44,978 bases of DNA from Phoronis australis (Eukaryota > Animalia > Phoronida): assembly GCA_002633005.1 (NCBI GenBank), contig NMRA01001109.1, positions 1 through 44,978 on the forward strand, written 5' to 3'. Every line of letters starts with the position of its first letter. Position 1 is the first letter of the stretch. Under the pieces are notes generated by a model that was not told where the DNA came from, searched no databases, and was given only the letters and a program-made list of their open reading frames with translations. Made by a program: the position numbers and the translations under genes. Shown piece after piece: positions 35,201 through 44,958 of the stretch.

Positions 35201-36471
35201 ACTTAGACTGGAAACGTGTGTTCCACAACACATGTTATCCTCCATCCCGTCTATAGTAACAATGCGTATTGATCCGTCTACATCATCGGGAAGGCCACGC
35301 GTCCGAGCCTAGAGGCAAGCAGTTCATATTGAATCTGACAGTCAATACAACATTACTGTAGTTTTCAAAATGAACTGGTCAGACTTTGGTAGCACCTGAT
35401 CAAACTCTGTCAAATTTTGGAATTTTATGCCACGGGAATTTAGCAAGGACACAAAATGTCTGTCTGCTTACATTCTCGTCGAACTTAAAATGGATATCAA
35501 TTTGTGATAATTGCACCAAGCTAACAGTGTTCAGTTCGAAAGGTAAATTTTGACAAAACTGTGTGAGAACTGAAACGGACGCTTGTTGACGGAAAGTAGC
35601 CTTTAGCCACACTAAGTGTTGTCAAAACAAAGTTCAAAATTGTCCGACCACTTTATTTTGAACACTGCTGTAGGACCATTGCAACACTAGTGCCACCTAC
35701 AGGTTTATCTGCTCACAACATCTCTACCTGTAGATGACTTGTATTTGATACATGCGTTCCACAGCAGAGGTCATCTTCAATACCATCAATAGTCACAATG
35801 CGAACCGATCCCTCAAGATCATCAGGGAGACCACGTGTCCTTGCCTAGAGGCAAGCAGACGACATTTTGAAGCTAAGTAAAAACACTGACCAATGACCAT
35901 AACAACTGTGAACACACTAACCGTCACTACTATGAACAAACTGACCATAACTACAATGAACAAACTGACCATAACTACAATGAACAAACTGACCATAACT
36001 ACAATGAACAAACTGACCATAACTACTGTGAACACACTGGCCATAACTACTGTAAACTTTTTGACAATTTAAGACACAATATGGCTGCCTAGTGAAAGTT
36101 TTATTTTTCAGCAGCATCAAATTAAATATTTATCAAATTAAATATTTAACCCTTTTCCTGTTTTGTATCATCAAACAAAGTGCTAAAAAACTGTGGGCAT
36201 ACAAACCTTTGAAATATGAAAAAATGGCATTTTGCTAATTTTTTGTCTAACATTGGTGAAATTTTACCGTCAATTACTCTAAGCTGAATTTTGTGCCAAA
36301 TCATTTCATAATATTCCTTACAACCATTGGATTCTACTCCCGTTACCAATTTAAGCCATGGGCAAAGAGTACATGCAGCATTTTTGACTTTGGAATTTTA
36401 GGTTTGGTCATTCCCAGTTAAGTCTAAAGCAATATCTTGAGACGCTCGTGGTTTCAGCATTCTTGTTGATA

Positions 36472-36507
<36 letters not shown>

Positions 36508-39500
36508 ACACACACACAGACATACAGACAATCCTATCATAGTAAGGACTATTACGAGACTGATTTTATGAGTGAGAGTAAAAGCCATAAACAGGGTGAA
36601 ACTTTAAACATAAATATTCTCGGATTTTTGTCCAACTTTAAGTGTTCAGTATAACACCTTAAGTACTTTAAGTGTTCAGTATAACACCTAAAGTACTTTA
36701 AGTGTTCAGTATAACACCTAAAGTACTTTAAGTGTTCAGTGTAACACCTAAAGTAGTATTCCGTTCATTCACTGGCAACAGTGTGACACTTCTTTAGACT
36801 AATAAATATGCAACTAGCTGCCGACATCACTCCCAGACACAGGTTAGGACAATCCTATAGGTTGGCACACAACATATTACGGACGACCAACTTTAATGTC
36901 TCTCACAAGGTCAACTTCAACAACTAGCTAACAGTTGCTCAATGCTTTAGTATTCAATACATCAAGAAGTCTTAAGTTTAATAAATACACAATAGACTGA
37001 TTCACTAGTGCAATTAGCTGCAAACTTAGTTTTAATTTGGTGACTTCAGTAAGACCTCAATATTAGAGCATGAAGCTTTTTCTTTTCTCAACACTGGCAG
37101 TCTCAAGTATCTGGACACATCAACAACAACATTCAACGATGTTCATCTAAGTTTGACAAAGTTCTGGCACAGTGATGAATACTACAACTAAAGGAGTTTT
37201 CCAGGAAATTTCTGGTTCAAGATGAATAGAGATAAATCCAACTGATTTTGAAAATTAACAAATTCTGCAACTCTTCTGGCAGAACGGGAAAGTGTATTTA
37301 GATGAGGAGTAACGGGGGAGGGGGAGGGGAGTTAATTTACCTCACTCAAGCGGGGGTCATTTTTATCGTCATACAGCGTTACCGTGACCCCGATGCCAGC
37401 TCTAATTTTGTCATTGGTAGTGTCCTCAATGTACCGCATCTCCTCCAGTGTCAGGGTGGGGGCATCCAACTCTATGAATGATGTCTTTTCACCAAGCCAC
37501 CTGCAATGGAAAATAACTTTAGTGACGAGCCTACCTATGTCTGCCAAAAAGTACAACAGTACTCTCAATCAATTGAAAGTTTTCTAAGAAGACTAGAAGT
37601 ATCCTTTCATATTGTTTCTATAGCATAAATCCCAGTATTCTCTAGAACTGAAGAAAATTGAAATCCATAATATTTGATAGTTTCTGTCAATGCTGCTGTT
37701 TGCTATACCGCAATGTGTCACTGAGTTCTCTAAGTTTACTTGTACACTTGTTGAATTCAAAGACCACCATACAGCAGATACACAAACTGTATGGGTTTCA
37801 CAAACACAGAGAAACTTGGGACTGGAGTTGCAACCTTCCTGCTTGAGAAGAAAAGTGACACACCTATACAATACCAAGTAAGACAGACCTTTCCATAACA
37901 ACACCCCTGAAACTGGACTCAACCATTGTCACCAATAACAACGACTGCTCGCCAAATGAGGGCATGATCATAGTACAACAACAGCAATACTAGATTTGAA
38001 AACTTGTAACTATGAAGAGTTTGTATGTTACCGTATTCGCTGTAATAACCGCCCATGCCCCTATAAGCGCCCCCCCACTTAGCTAAAATAAGTGCCCAGT
38101 CCACGAACATGTATGAGCGAAAAATGCCTTACCTACAGTCCTAAAATTCTACAGTAACGTCTTCAATTTATCGATAATATCCGACAGTCCTGAAAAAATC
38201 ATTGTGCGCAGAATTTGTAGACCACGATCCTCGCCGCTGTCGGTATTTAGCCGTGACTATACACTTCAAACTTTCGCCATGCCTCAAAACGAACACAAAA
38301 GTTTTGCTGATCTTGCGAGGACCAATGGTCTGCCAGTGGCCTTTCAGAACAGACGTAGTGTACTTGTCTACGGGACTGCTTTGTAGATATTTCCCGGTTT
38401 CAACAGGAATCCAAATTTCTTTGTACACGTGAAAACCGCGAATCGAAGACTACTAAACAGCTTGGCCAGTGTTAAAAGCATGTGGCCAGGAAGCGCGCGC
38501 TACATACATGAACCTGTCATCAAAGACATTACTCAGGAACTATCCATTCATGAAACGAGTAGCATAGCGTCGGCAAGAAATGAATATTGGCACTAATTTC
38601 CAACAGTTTCTAATACTATAAACAAGAGCAACGCGGAGGATTGTAATACGCAAAAAAACAAGACTGCCACTAGGAGGCGCCACAAAAGTCGAAGTCGTCA
38701 GAAAATCATCATCAACCGTCCTCTTTATAGTAAGAACATACATGCCAATTTTCGCAATCATGCTTACAACGGTTTGGTTGAAAGAGGGGCGAATGCTAAA
38801 AAACAGACTCGAAAACAGTAAAAATGGCCACTAGGTGAATCCATCCGAAAACGGGAGGATACCGTCGTCTCACTAATATGTGCCTATATACCAAATTTTG
38901 TGAAAATATGTCGAGGACCTTTGAAGACACAGAGGTAAACGTAAAAAACTAAAATTGCCACTAGGGGGCACATCGGTAGTCAGATCCGTCCAAAAGTTCG
39001 CTCATGCCGTACCATCCATGAAAGGAACATAATATGTGCAAAATTTCATGAACATACGTCAATCGTTTTGGAGATAGAGCAGCGGATGCCGCACGCCGGA
39101 CGGACAGAGATGACGGCATGATGCGTCCACATATAAATATGTGGGTGCATAAAAATGTTTGCGTTACTTTTAAGATGAATTGTTTGATTAACCATAATTG
39201 GTGTTTTTAAGCCAAATATCCGATAAAATGACCATTGACAGTGAATGCTTACACACCCTTACATCGAAAAATAACTGTCAGATAGTAACGTACGCATCCA
39301 GCCACAGGGCGACTAATATGGGCCTTACCAAAACAAATGTCGAACATTTTTAGCACATGAGAGATGAGACCGGCAAGTGCTGAATGAAACACGCTCTGGT
39401 TTAGGCCTACTGCTTGTGCAAATTTCTTTAGGTACAATGCACATCTAGCTAGCTCGTTAGATTGCGTGGCTTTGGCCAAAAGACGGTATTTGCTCTGGCA

Positions 39501-42500
39501 AATGAATTCTGGTGACACACACGCGCTCGCTTACTCACAAATGCAGACGAACTTCAAAACAAACGTCACGTGACAACAACATGTGAGTTCGTCCAGACAT
39601 TTTTCTCATGTTGACGATCATACATGTAGATGGCATGATTTGTACTTAAACCTGTCATTAATCCCGACCCCACGGGAACTTAAAAATCTTAGGGACGCTA
39701 CTTGGAAAACTTAAGGAGGATTTCAGGTAATTTGTTTGAGTCGAAACTGTATTTTATTCAAGCATTGAAGTCGCCATATCGACGATTGCTAGGCAGTCAT
39801 TCGGCGAGTTTTCGCCGTGGGATTTCAGCACAAAACGATCGTAATCTATTAGCAGCAAAGTTTGATAGCAATGCACCACGGTTTTGTAAAAGTCTCATTG
39901 ATTACAGATACGTCACAGGGCTTAAACATGATGAATCTTAGCTTCCGATTTCACTCGTTTTGGAGACCGGGTTTCAACGGCCTTGGGTTATAGTAAGCGC
40001 CCCCCCTGAAACGAACTTTTCTAAGCGCCCTAGGCGGTTATTACGGTGAATACGATAAGTTTTGGAAGGAATGTATTGAATTAGTGCCAAAAGTACAAAG
40101 AGGAACCCCCAACTGCCATTTCGGTGGTCCATGTCTCCAGTTCAGTGGTGCATGTCTCCAGTTCAGTGGTGCATGCATCCAGTTCAGTGGTGCATGCCTC
40201 CAGTTCAGAGGTGCATGCTTCCAGTTCAGTGGTGCATGCCTCCAGTTCAGTGGTGCATGCCTCCAGTTCAGTGGACAATGTTTCCAGTTAAGTAGTGCAT
40301 ACCTCCAGTTCAGTGGTCCATGCCTCCAGTTCAGTGGTCCATGTTTCCAGTTAAGTAGTGCATACCTCCAGTTCAGTGGTCCATTCCTCCAGTTCAGTGT
40401 TCCATACCTCCAGTTCAGTGTTCCATACCTCCAGTTCAGTGGACCAAATATCACTAAATGTTAAAACAATTTTGTGCTCAAACACCTACCATGACGTTGT
40501 ATCATATCCATATTTTTCATTGATGACAGCAGTGATCAGATGCTGACCTGAAAATAGTCATACATTACAATCAGTACTTGGTACCAAGTTTTTATTCCAA
40601 AAAGTTAAACAAAAGGGAAAATGTTACATTTTTGGAGGCCATTATTGTCAATTTGACCTACTTTACAAAAGATTTTTAAACCTTTTTAATTGATTTCTAT
40701 ATAAAATAAAATCAATGCAAAAGTCAACCTCAAACCTGCAGGACATGTATGACAATTGAAAGTAAGTGGAGTTCCTTGCTTTCCATTTCTTATCAGGCCA
40801 AGACAACTACAGATTTCCAGTCCCAGTCCCACTAAATAACAATTTGCATCAGTAATGACAGACAGGTAATCCATTCAATATCATAGTGACTCAGGCCTTC
40901 AGAGGCACTTGCTTGCTCACAGCCATACACTTACAATTAAAAGAATTGTTAAAGAATTGTTAATATTACTTTTAGTAACTTCCGGTAAAATGGCGCCAGC
41001 ACAAAACGTGCGTTTTGCTAGTTTGTAAATTTTCAAAGTTATCTTCACCTTGCAGCCTAGAGGCAAGCAGACGACATTTTGAAGCTAAGTAAAAACACTG
41101 ACCAATGACCATAACAACTGTGAACACACTGACCATAACTACTATGAACACACTGACCATAACTACTATGAACAAACTGACCATGACTACTATGAACAAA
41201 CTGACCATAACTGATGTGAACTCTTGACAATTTAAGACACAATGTAGACCGGCAGCCCAGAGCACTTAGCATAGATGAACGAGGTACCATTGGGTTTTCA
41301 GTGCAGCACGATTGTTGGTTTTAAATCAGTTTAAGCAGATACCTTGAAAATCTAACTGTCTCAAAAATGGTAAACCGTGGTTGAGATTTTTGAGGGTTTC
41401 TGCCAGGGACAATCCAGAGTGTATTTTGTCTGCCGGTCATAGGGTATTTAGTGACCTGTGACATGTATTGAATCTCATGTAATTGTTTTTGGGGTATCTC
41501 GAATGTACATGTATGTGCTAGCTCATTTTAGGGGGGTCCTTTTTTGGTTTCTGCCGGACCCATTCCAGAGTGCAATTTGTCTGTCGTCTGTCATGGGTCA
41601 TTTGGTGTTCAGTGCGGTACTATTGTTCGTTTAAAATCAGTTTTGGCCGGTACCTCGAAAANNNNNNNNNNNNNNNNNNNNNNNNNNNNNNNNNNNNNNN
41701 NNNNNNNNNNNNNNNNNNNNNNNNNNNNNNNNNNNNNNNNNNNNNNNNNNNNNNNNNNNNNNNNNNNNNNNNNNNNNNNNNNNNNNNNNNNNNNNNNNNN
41801 NNNNNNNNNNNNNNNNNNNNNNNNNNNNNNNNNNNNNNNNNNNNNNNNNNNNNNNNNNNNNNNNNNNNNNNNNNNNNNNNNNNNNNNNNNNNNNNNNNNN
41901 NNNNNNNNNNNNNNNNNNNNNNNNNNNNNNNNNNNNNNNNNNNNNNNNNNNNNNNNNNNNNNNNNNNNNNNNNNNNNNNNNNNNNNNNNNNNNNNNNNNN
42001 NNNNNNNNNNNNNNNNNNNNNNNNNNNNNNNNNNNNNNNNNNNNNNNNNNNNNNNNNNNNNNNNNNNNNNNNNNNNNNNNNNNNNNNNNNNNNNNNNNNN
42101 NNNNNNNNNNNNNNNNNNNNNNNCCAGTTCAGAGGTGCATGCTTCCAGTTCAGTGGTGCATGCCTCCAGTTCAGTGGTGCATGCCTCCAGTTCAGTGGTG
42201 CATGTTTCGAATTAAGTAGTGCATACCTCCAGTTCAGTGGTCCATACCTCCAGTTCAGTGGTCCATACCTCCAGTTCAGTGGACCAAATATCACTAAATG
42301 TTAAAACAATTTTGTGTTCAAACACCTACCATGACGTTGTATCATATCCATATTTTTCATTGATGACAGCAGTGATCAGATGCTGACCTGAAAATAGTCA
42401 TACATTACAATCAGTACTTGGTACCAAGTTTTTATTCTAAAAAGTTAAATAAAAGGGGAAATGTTACATTTTTGGAGGCCATTTTTGTCAATTTGACCTA

Positions 42501-44958
42501 CTTTACAAAAGATTTTTAAAACCTTTTCAATTGATTTCTATATAAAATAAAATCAATGAAAAAGTCAACCTCAAACCTGCAGGACATGTATGACAATTGA
42601 AAGTAAGTGGAGTTCCTTGCTTTCCAGTTCTTATCAGGCCAAGACAACTACAGATTTCCAGTCCGAGTCCCACTAAATAACAATTTGCATCAGTAATGAC
42701 AGACAGGTAATCCAATCAATACCACAGTGACTCAGGCCTTCAGAGGCACTTGCTTCCTCACAGCCATACACTTACAATTAAAAGAATTGTTAATATTACT
42801 TTTAGTAATCCTCAAATATCAATATCTATCTCTGCTTAGAACTCTTTTGGGATAGAAGTAAGATTTCTCATTCTCAGGTTTGCAGTCCTTCTTGAAATCA
42901 ACCATAATTTAGGTTAAAATGTTTTTCAGTAAATCTTATTAAAACTTTTGGAAGTACATCTGATATAAACTTGTTGCAAAATACATCATAAAACATATGT
43001 TTGTATGTACTCTCAACAGATGGCACTTTATATGCATGTCAACGGATGGTAGTTTGTATGCATGTCAACAGATGCACAGTGAACAGATGGCATTACCTGA
43101 GTGTTGTTGCATGTGATCAAATCTTCTCAACCAATCCAGCTTGATGTCAACATCAGTGTCTGCATCTAATGGGCTCGGCACAAAGTGGCGGACATCTTGA
43201 CCACACTTCTCCACTCTCAGAACATCTATTCCATTTATCTGATATTCAAAACATAGAAAATTGAGAAAATGACAATCAAAGTACTGAACTGCCATGGACG
43301 GGATATCTTAACTAAGAAGAGATACAGACATCATGGGATTGGGACATAACTTACTGCCTTGTCAATAGATGGTGCTCACACTTTTATTTCCCAGTAGGTG
43401 TCAGGGGTAACCTTTTTGCAAAACTCAATTTCTCACTTGAGACACAACATCATCAAGACATTGTCCATTGAAACTTGACAGTGAGTGGAGAGCTGGTTTG
43501 AAAGTCATTGAGTGCAAGAATACCTTCACATGTTTAACACACTTATTCTGTACCATCAACACATCTGCTCTTTCTAAATGTCAACTGTAGTATTCCTATT
43601 ACTTAGTCTTCCTTGAAAGGGTTGTTATCTCGCCTGTGTTGGACTAGCAAGAGCCAGGAATGAACACTTGAGGAACACAAGAACACTGAATCTGTTCACA
43701 CAAACAGAGGCTCATCATGTTTTGTTTTGTTGTTCTGTTTGATTGACATGACCCCTCAGTTCAGAACAGTGATGGTGTGATTTGTTTACTGTATAGTGTG
43801 GAACTTTCTAGAAGACTCTAGCATGACAGTGATTAATGCAGTCTAGAATATTCTAGAGACTAGGACATGTTTTTAGAATGATTGGGTAGATTCCAGAAAG
43901 GTCTAGAAAGTGCTTTAATTAGTGAAAAGTTCTAGAACATTGCATTAGTCTATAAATACACAAGCACGGGTTTGTATTAGTCAGTAAAGCAGTTAACAGT
44001 TAAACAGTTGAGAGAATTACAGCTGATTTGTAGTTAAGAGAAATCAGCAGTTACAGCAAGAGTCAATAACGTTTTGTTTGAGTAGGCTTGTGAACATTCA
44101 ATCGAGGTTAATAAAGTAATTAACTCGAACAAGTCTTTAGTCTTTCGTCACACTGAAAGCTATCAGCACCGGTTAGTAACCACACACGGGGAAAAGTGTG
44201 AAAATACCGCAAGAACGGTAAGTCGTAGCAAGAACGGTAAGTCGTAGCAAGAACGGTAAGTCGTAGCAAGAACGGTAAGTCGTAGCAAGAAACAGGACTT
44301 CACAATGATGATTGTAATTGAAAAGACCTCTCCACATACCAAATTTCAAACATATCCATCAAGGGACCCCGAAGATACGGCGCTAAAACTCAGTTATTTG
44401 GAGACCAGTTCGCAGAAAAACTCTATTCACTTGAGAATGGCAAGAACTACAGAACACCAAAAGAGACATTTGAATGATATATCCACCGAAAGAAAAATCA
44501 GAAAGATAAAATCCCACCAGAAAAAGCTGAGCTATGGTTGCGAGTTCGCAAACAAAAAAGAAGAAAATGGCTGTCACAGTCATTTTATAAGAATTTCATA
44601 CAAAAAACAAAAGGCTTCGAGCCATTCACGAAAGACATGTTGACAGTAAACTTGGCATTGACATCATAAGAACTGCGAACTGTAGCACTAGAACAAAAAA
44701 CAAACAAAAACAAAACAAATCAAACAAATTTTATGACAATGCAACATACTTCAAGAAATTTTATTTCATCAAGTCACAAGAGTGAAATTGTTAATTCAAA
44801 CACACAATTACCTTTCCCCTGTCATCAGGTTGCCCACCCCCCTCCGGGAATAGAATGGTATCTTCCAAGATGACATTAAACCCATTCAGTGTGGCCTTCT
44901 TACCATTGGAAACTTGTTTAATGGATGCTGGTTCACAGGAGACGACCTTTGACCTGAA
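29090..44958 (-). CDS. AARSD1: Alanyl-tRNA editing protein AARSD1 (AlaXp); first exon lies beyond the window end
   Basis: Exons 44812-44958, 43097-43238, 42330-42387 (identical copy 40490-40547), 37341-37500, 35728-35844 or 35192-35308, 34323-34453, 31722-31788, 30911-31054, 29762-29856 and 29090-29216 splice in frame via GT-AG. Recognisable motifs: LEDTILFPEGGGQPDDRG, RRFDHMQQHSGQHLITA, CCGTHV, HRKEGDNEFMNII, LEGKGAGKKG. Confidence 0.95.
29762..29856 (-). CDS. AARSD1: AARSD1 exon 10
   Basis: NVILFLSVGEENGAGNFILASNQEVIDKVGS-R; |gtatgg. Confidence 0.9.
30030..30165 (-). mobile_element. Possible tRNA-derived SINE remnant
   Basis: Minus-strand B box GGGTTCAAATCCC with a weak A-box-like tggcctcactagttaga about 100 nt upstream; no cloverleaf. 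Confidence 0.3.
30911..31054 (-). CDS. AARSD1: AARSD1 exon 9
   Basis: ACSQLLRDVAVFEAQKFKSNGVSRLLCLHRKEGDNEFMNIIVNEVNDP; |gtaagt. Confidence 0.93.
31450..31650. repeat. 20-bp minisatellite (tgtccaagcttgtgcaatat)n
   Basis: About 10 degenerate copies. Confidence 0.85.
31722..31788 (-). CDS. AARSD1: AARSD1 exon 8
   Basis: NQPEDHPMLVEKMQKSFQVSRK; tttcag| ... |gtatga; phase fits both neighbours. Confidence 0.85.
32165..32361. repeat. 57-bp tandem repeat copied from the AARSD1 exon 7 3' end and donor
   Basis: taacatacttgagtagagcagtgagcgcc...ggtcacaacact units; one more copy at 34262-34322 abuts exon 7. Confidence 0.9.
32362..34264. mobile_element. Tc1/mariner-superfamily (pogo/Tc2-like) non-autonomous element in AARSD1 intron 7
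   Basis: TA|CCGTAAACTTGTGGGTTAACCC ... GGGTTAACCCGCGAGTTT (right tip deleted); subterminal taatcgccca repeats at both ends. Confidence 0.65.
34323..34453 (-). CDS. AARSD1: AARSD1 exon 7
   Basis: AVKLLSVEKGKKNKCNLVFLVGNRVLDYLQQCCDREKALTALL-K; |gtatgt. Confidence 0.93.
34435..34660. repeat. 76-bp tandem triplication spanning the AARSD1 exon 7 acceptor
   Basis: cactcagcagcttgacagcctggagtgtaatgg... at 34435, 34511 and 34587. Confidence 0.95.
35024..35699 (-). promoter_or_regulatory. Putative docking site (35024-35039) and selector sequences (35149-35160, 35684-35699) for exon 6a/6b choice
   Basis: In the pre-mRNA, GCACUAGUGCCAUCUG pairs with UAGGUGGCACUAGUGU (16 bp including G-U) or with GUGGCACCAGUG (11/12). 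Each selector lies about 30 nt after its exon's donor. Confidence 0.6.
35192..35308 (-). CDS. AARSD1: AARSD1 exon 6b (alternative editing-site exon)
   Basis: ARTRGLPDDVDGSIRIVTIDGMEDNMCCGTHVSSLSHLQ; 117 nt, phase 0/0; ctctag| ... |gtgaac. Confidence 0.9.
35728..35844 (-). CDS. AARSD1: AARSD1 exon 6a (alternative editing-site exon)
   Basis: ARTRGLPDDLEGSVRIVTIDGIEDDLCCGTHVSNTSHLQ; 117 nt, phase 0/0; ctctag| ... |gtagag. Confidence 0.85.
35885..36057. repeat. 24-bp minisatellite (ctgaccataactacaatgaacaaa)n; second array at ~41097-41222
   Basis: Direct tandem copies. Confidence 0.9.
36635..36755. repeat. 30-bp minisatellite x4
   Basis: ctttaagtgttcagtataacacctaaagta units. Confidence 0.9.
37341..37500 (-). 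CDS. AARSD1: AARSD1 exon 5
   Basis: WLGEKTSFIELDAPTLTLEEMRYIEDTTNDKIRAGIGVTVTLYDDKNDPRLSE; ttgcag| ... |gtaaat. Confidence 0.93.
38187..38449 (-). pseudogene. Degenerate HIRAN-like coding fragment within the TIR element
   Basis: SSIRGFHVYKEIWIP...DKY...PRKIS...LRHG...CIVT, then a frameshift to GLQI...MIFSG. Matches from memory the RGxHVYKxxW...PRxIS...CxVT...GLEIP pattern; no search was run. Confidence 0.55.
38620..39155 (+). mobile_element. HINE/DINE-1-like (Helentron-associated) non-autonomous element nested in the TIR element
   Basis: Starts aacaagag; two caaattt(t/c)(g/a)tgaa core repeats; GGAC microsatellite; terminal stem-loop atgcgtccacatat-aa-atatgtgggtgcat followed by AAAAA. Confidence 0.6.
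40124..40443. repeat. 21-bp minisatellite (ctccagttcagtggtgcatgc)n; also 42124-42283
   Basis: About 15 tandem copies. Confidence 0.95.
40490..40547 (-). CDS. AARSD1: AARSD1 exon 4 (copy B, identical)
   Basis: Same 58 nt and splice sites as 42330-42387, inside a duplicated segment on the other side of the N-gap. Confidence 0.7.
42330..42387 (-). CDS. AARSD1: AARSD1 exon 4 (copy A)
   Basis: GQHLITAVINEKYGYDTTSW, 58 nt; ttttcag| ... |gtaggt. Confidence 0.85.
43097..43238 (-). CDS. AARSD1: AARSD1 exon 3
   Basis: INGIDVLRVEK...LDWLRRFDHMQQHS-G; |gtaatg. Confidence 0.95.
43776..44152 (+). mobile_element. Solo-LTR-like element with heat-shock elements
   Basis: TGTGA...TCACA termini, clustered TTCTAGAA-type motifs, TATAAATA at 43951, AATAAA at 44110; no convincing TSD, boundaries uncertain. 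Confidence 0.55.
44209..44290. repeat. 19-bp minisatellite (gcaagaacggtaagtcgta)x4+
   Basis: Direct tandem copies. Confidence 0.9.
44812..44958 (-). CDS. AARSD1: AARSD1 exon 2
   Basis: FRSKVVSCEPASIKQVSNGKKATLNGFNVILEDTILFPEGGGQPDDRGK; ttacag| ... |gtaatt. Confidence 0.95.

Larger units (their letters stand above)
38031..40055. mobile_element. Tc1/mariner-superfamily (pogo/Tc2-like) TIR element, TA-flanked, with decayed HIRAN-like ORF and a nested insertion
   Basis: TA|CCGTATTCGCTGTAATAACCGCC ... GGCGGTTATTACGGTGAATACGA|TA (20/23 match); taagcgccc subterminal repeats. Confidence 0.8.

Noticed and set aside
40041-40464. Repetitive ORFs (PLNWRHA / CLQFSGA / TTELEAC repeats)
   Set aside because: Translations of a 21-bp intronic minisatellite that is open in several frames on both strands; no splice or domain support.
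41544-42304. ORFs spanning the second N-gap
   Set aside because: Artefacts of Ns plus a 21-bp minisatellite.
40490-42387. Exon 4 copies as a second mutually exclusive exon pair
   Set aside because: The exons are identical, the flanking introns are ~97% identical and a gap lies between them: a recent duplication or assembly issue with no protein diversity.
44305-44643. 112-aa Lys-rich plus-strand ORF
   Set aside because: A-rich intronic repeat-like sequence (ataccaaatttca core) antisense to AARSD1, with no domain features.
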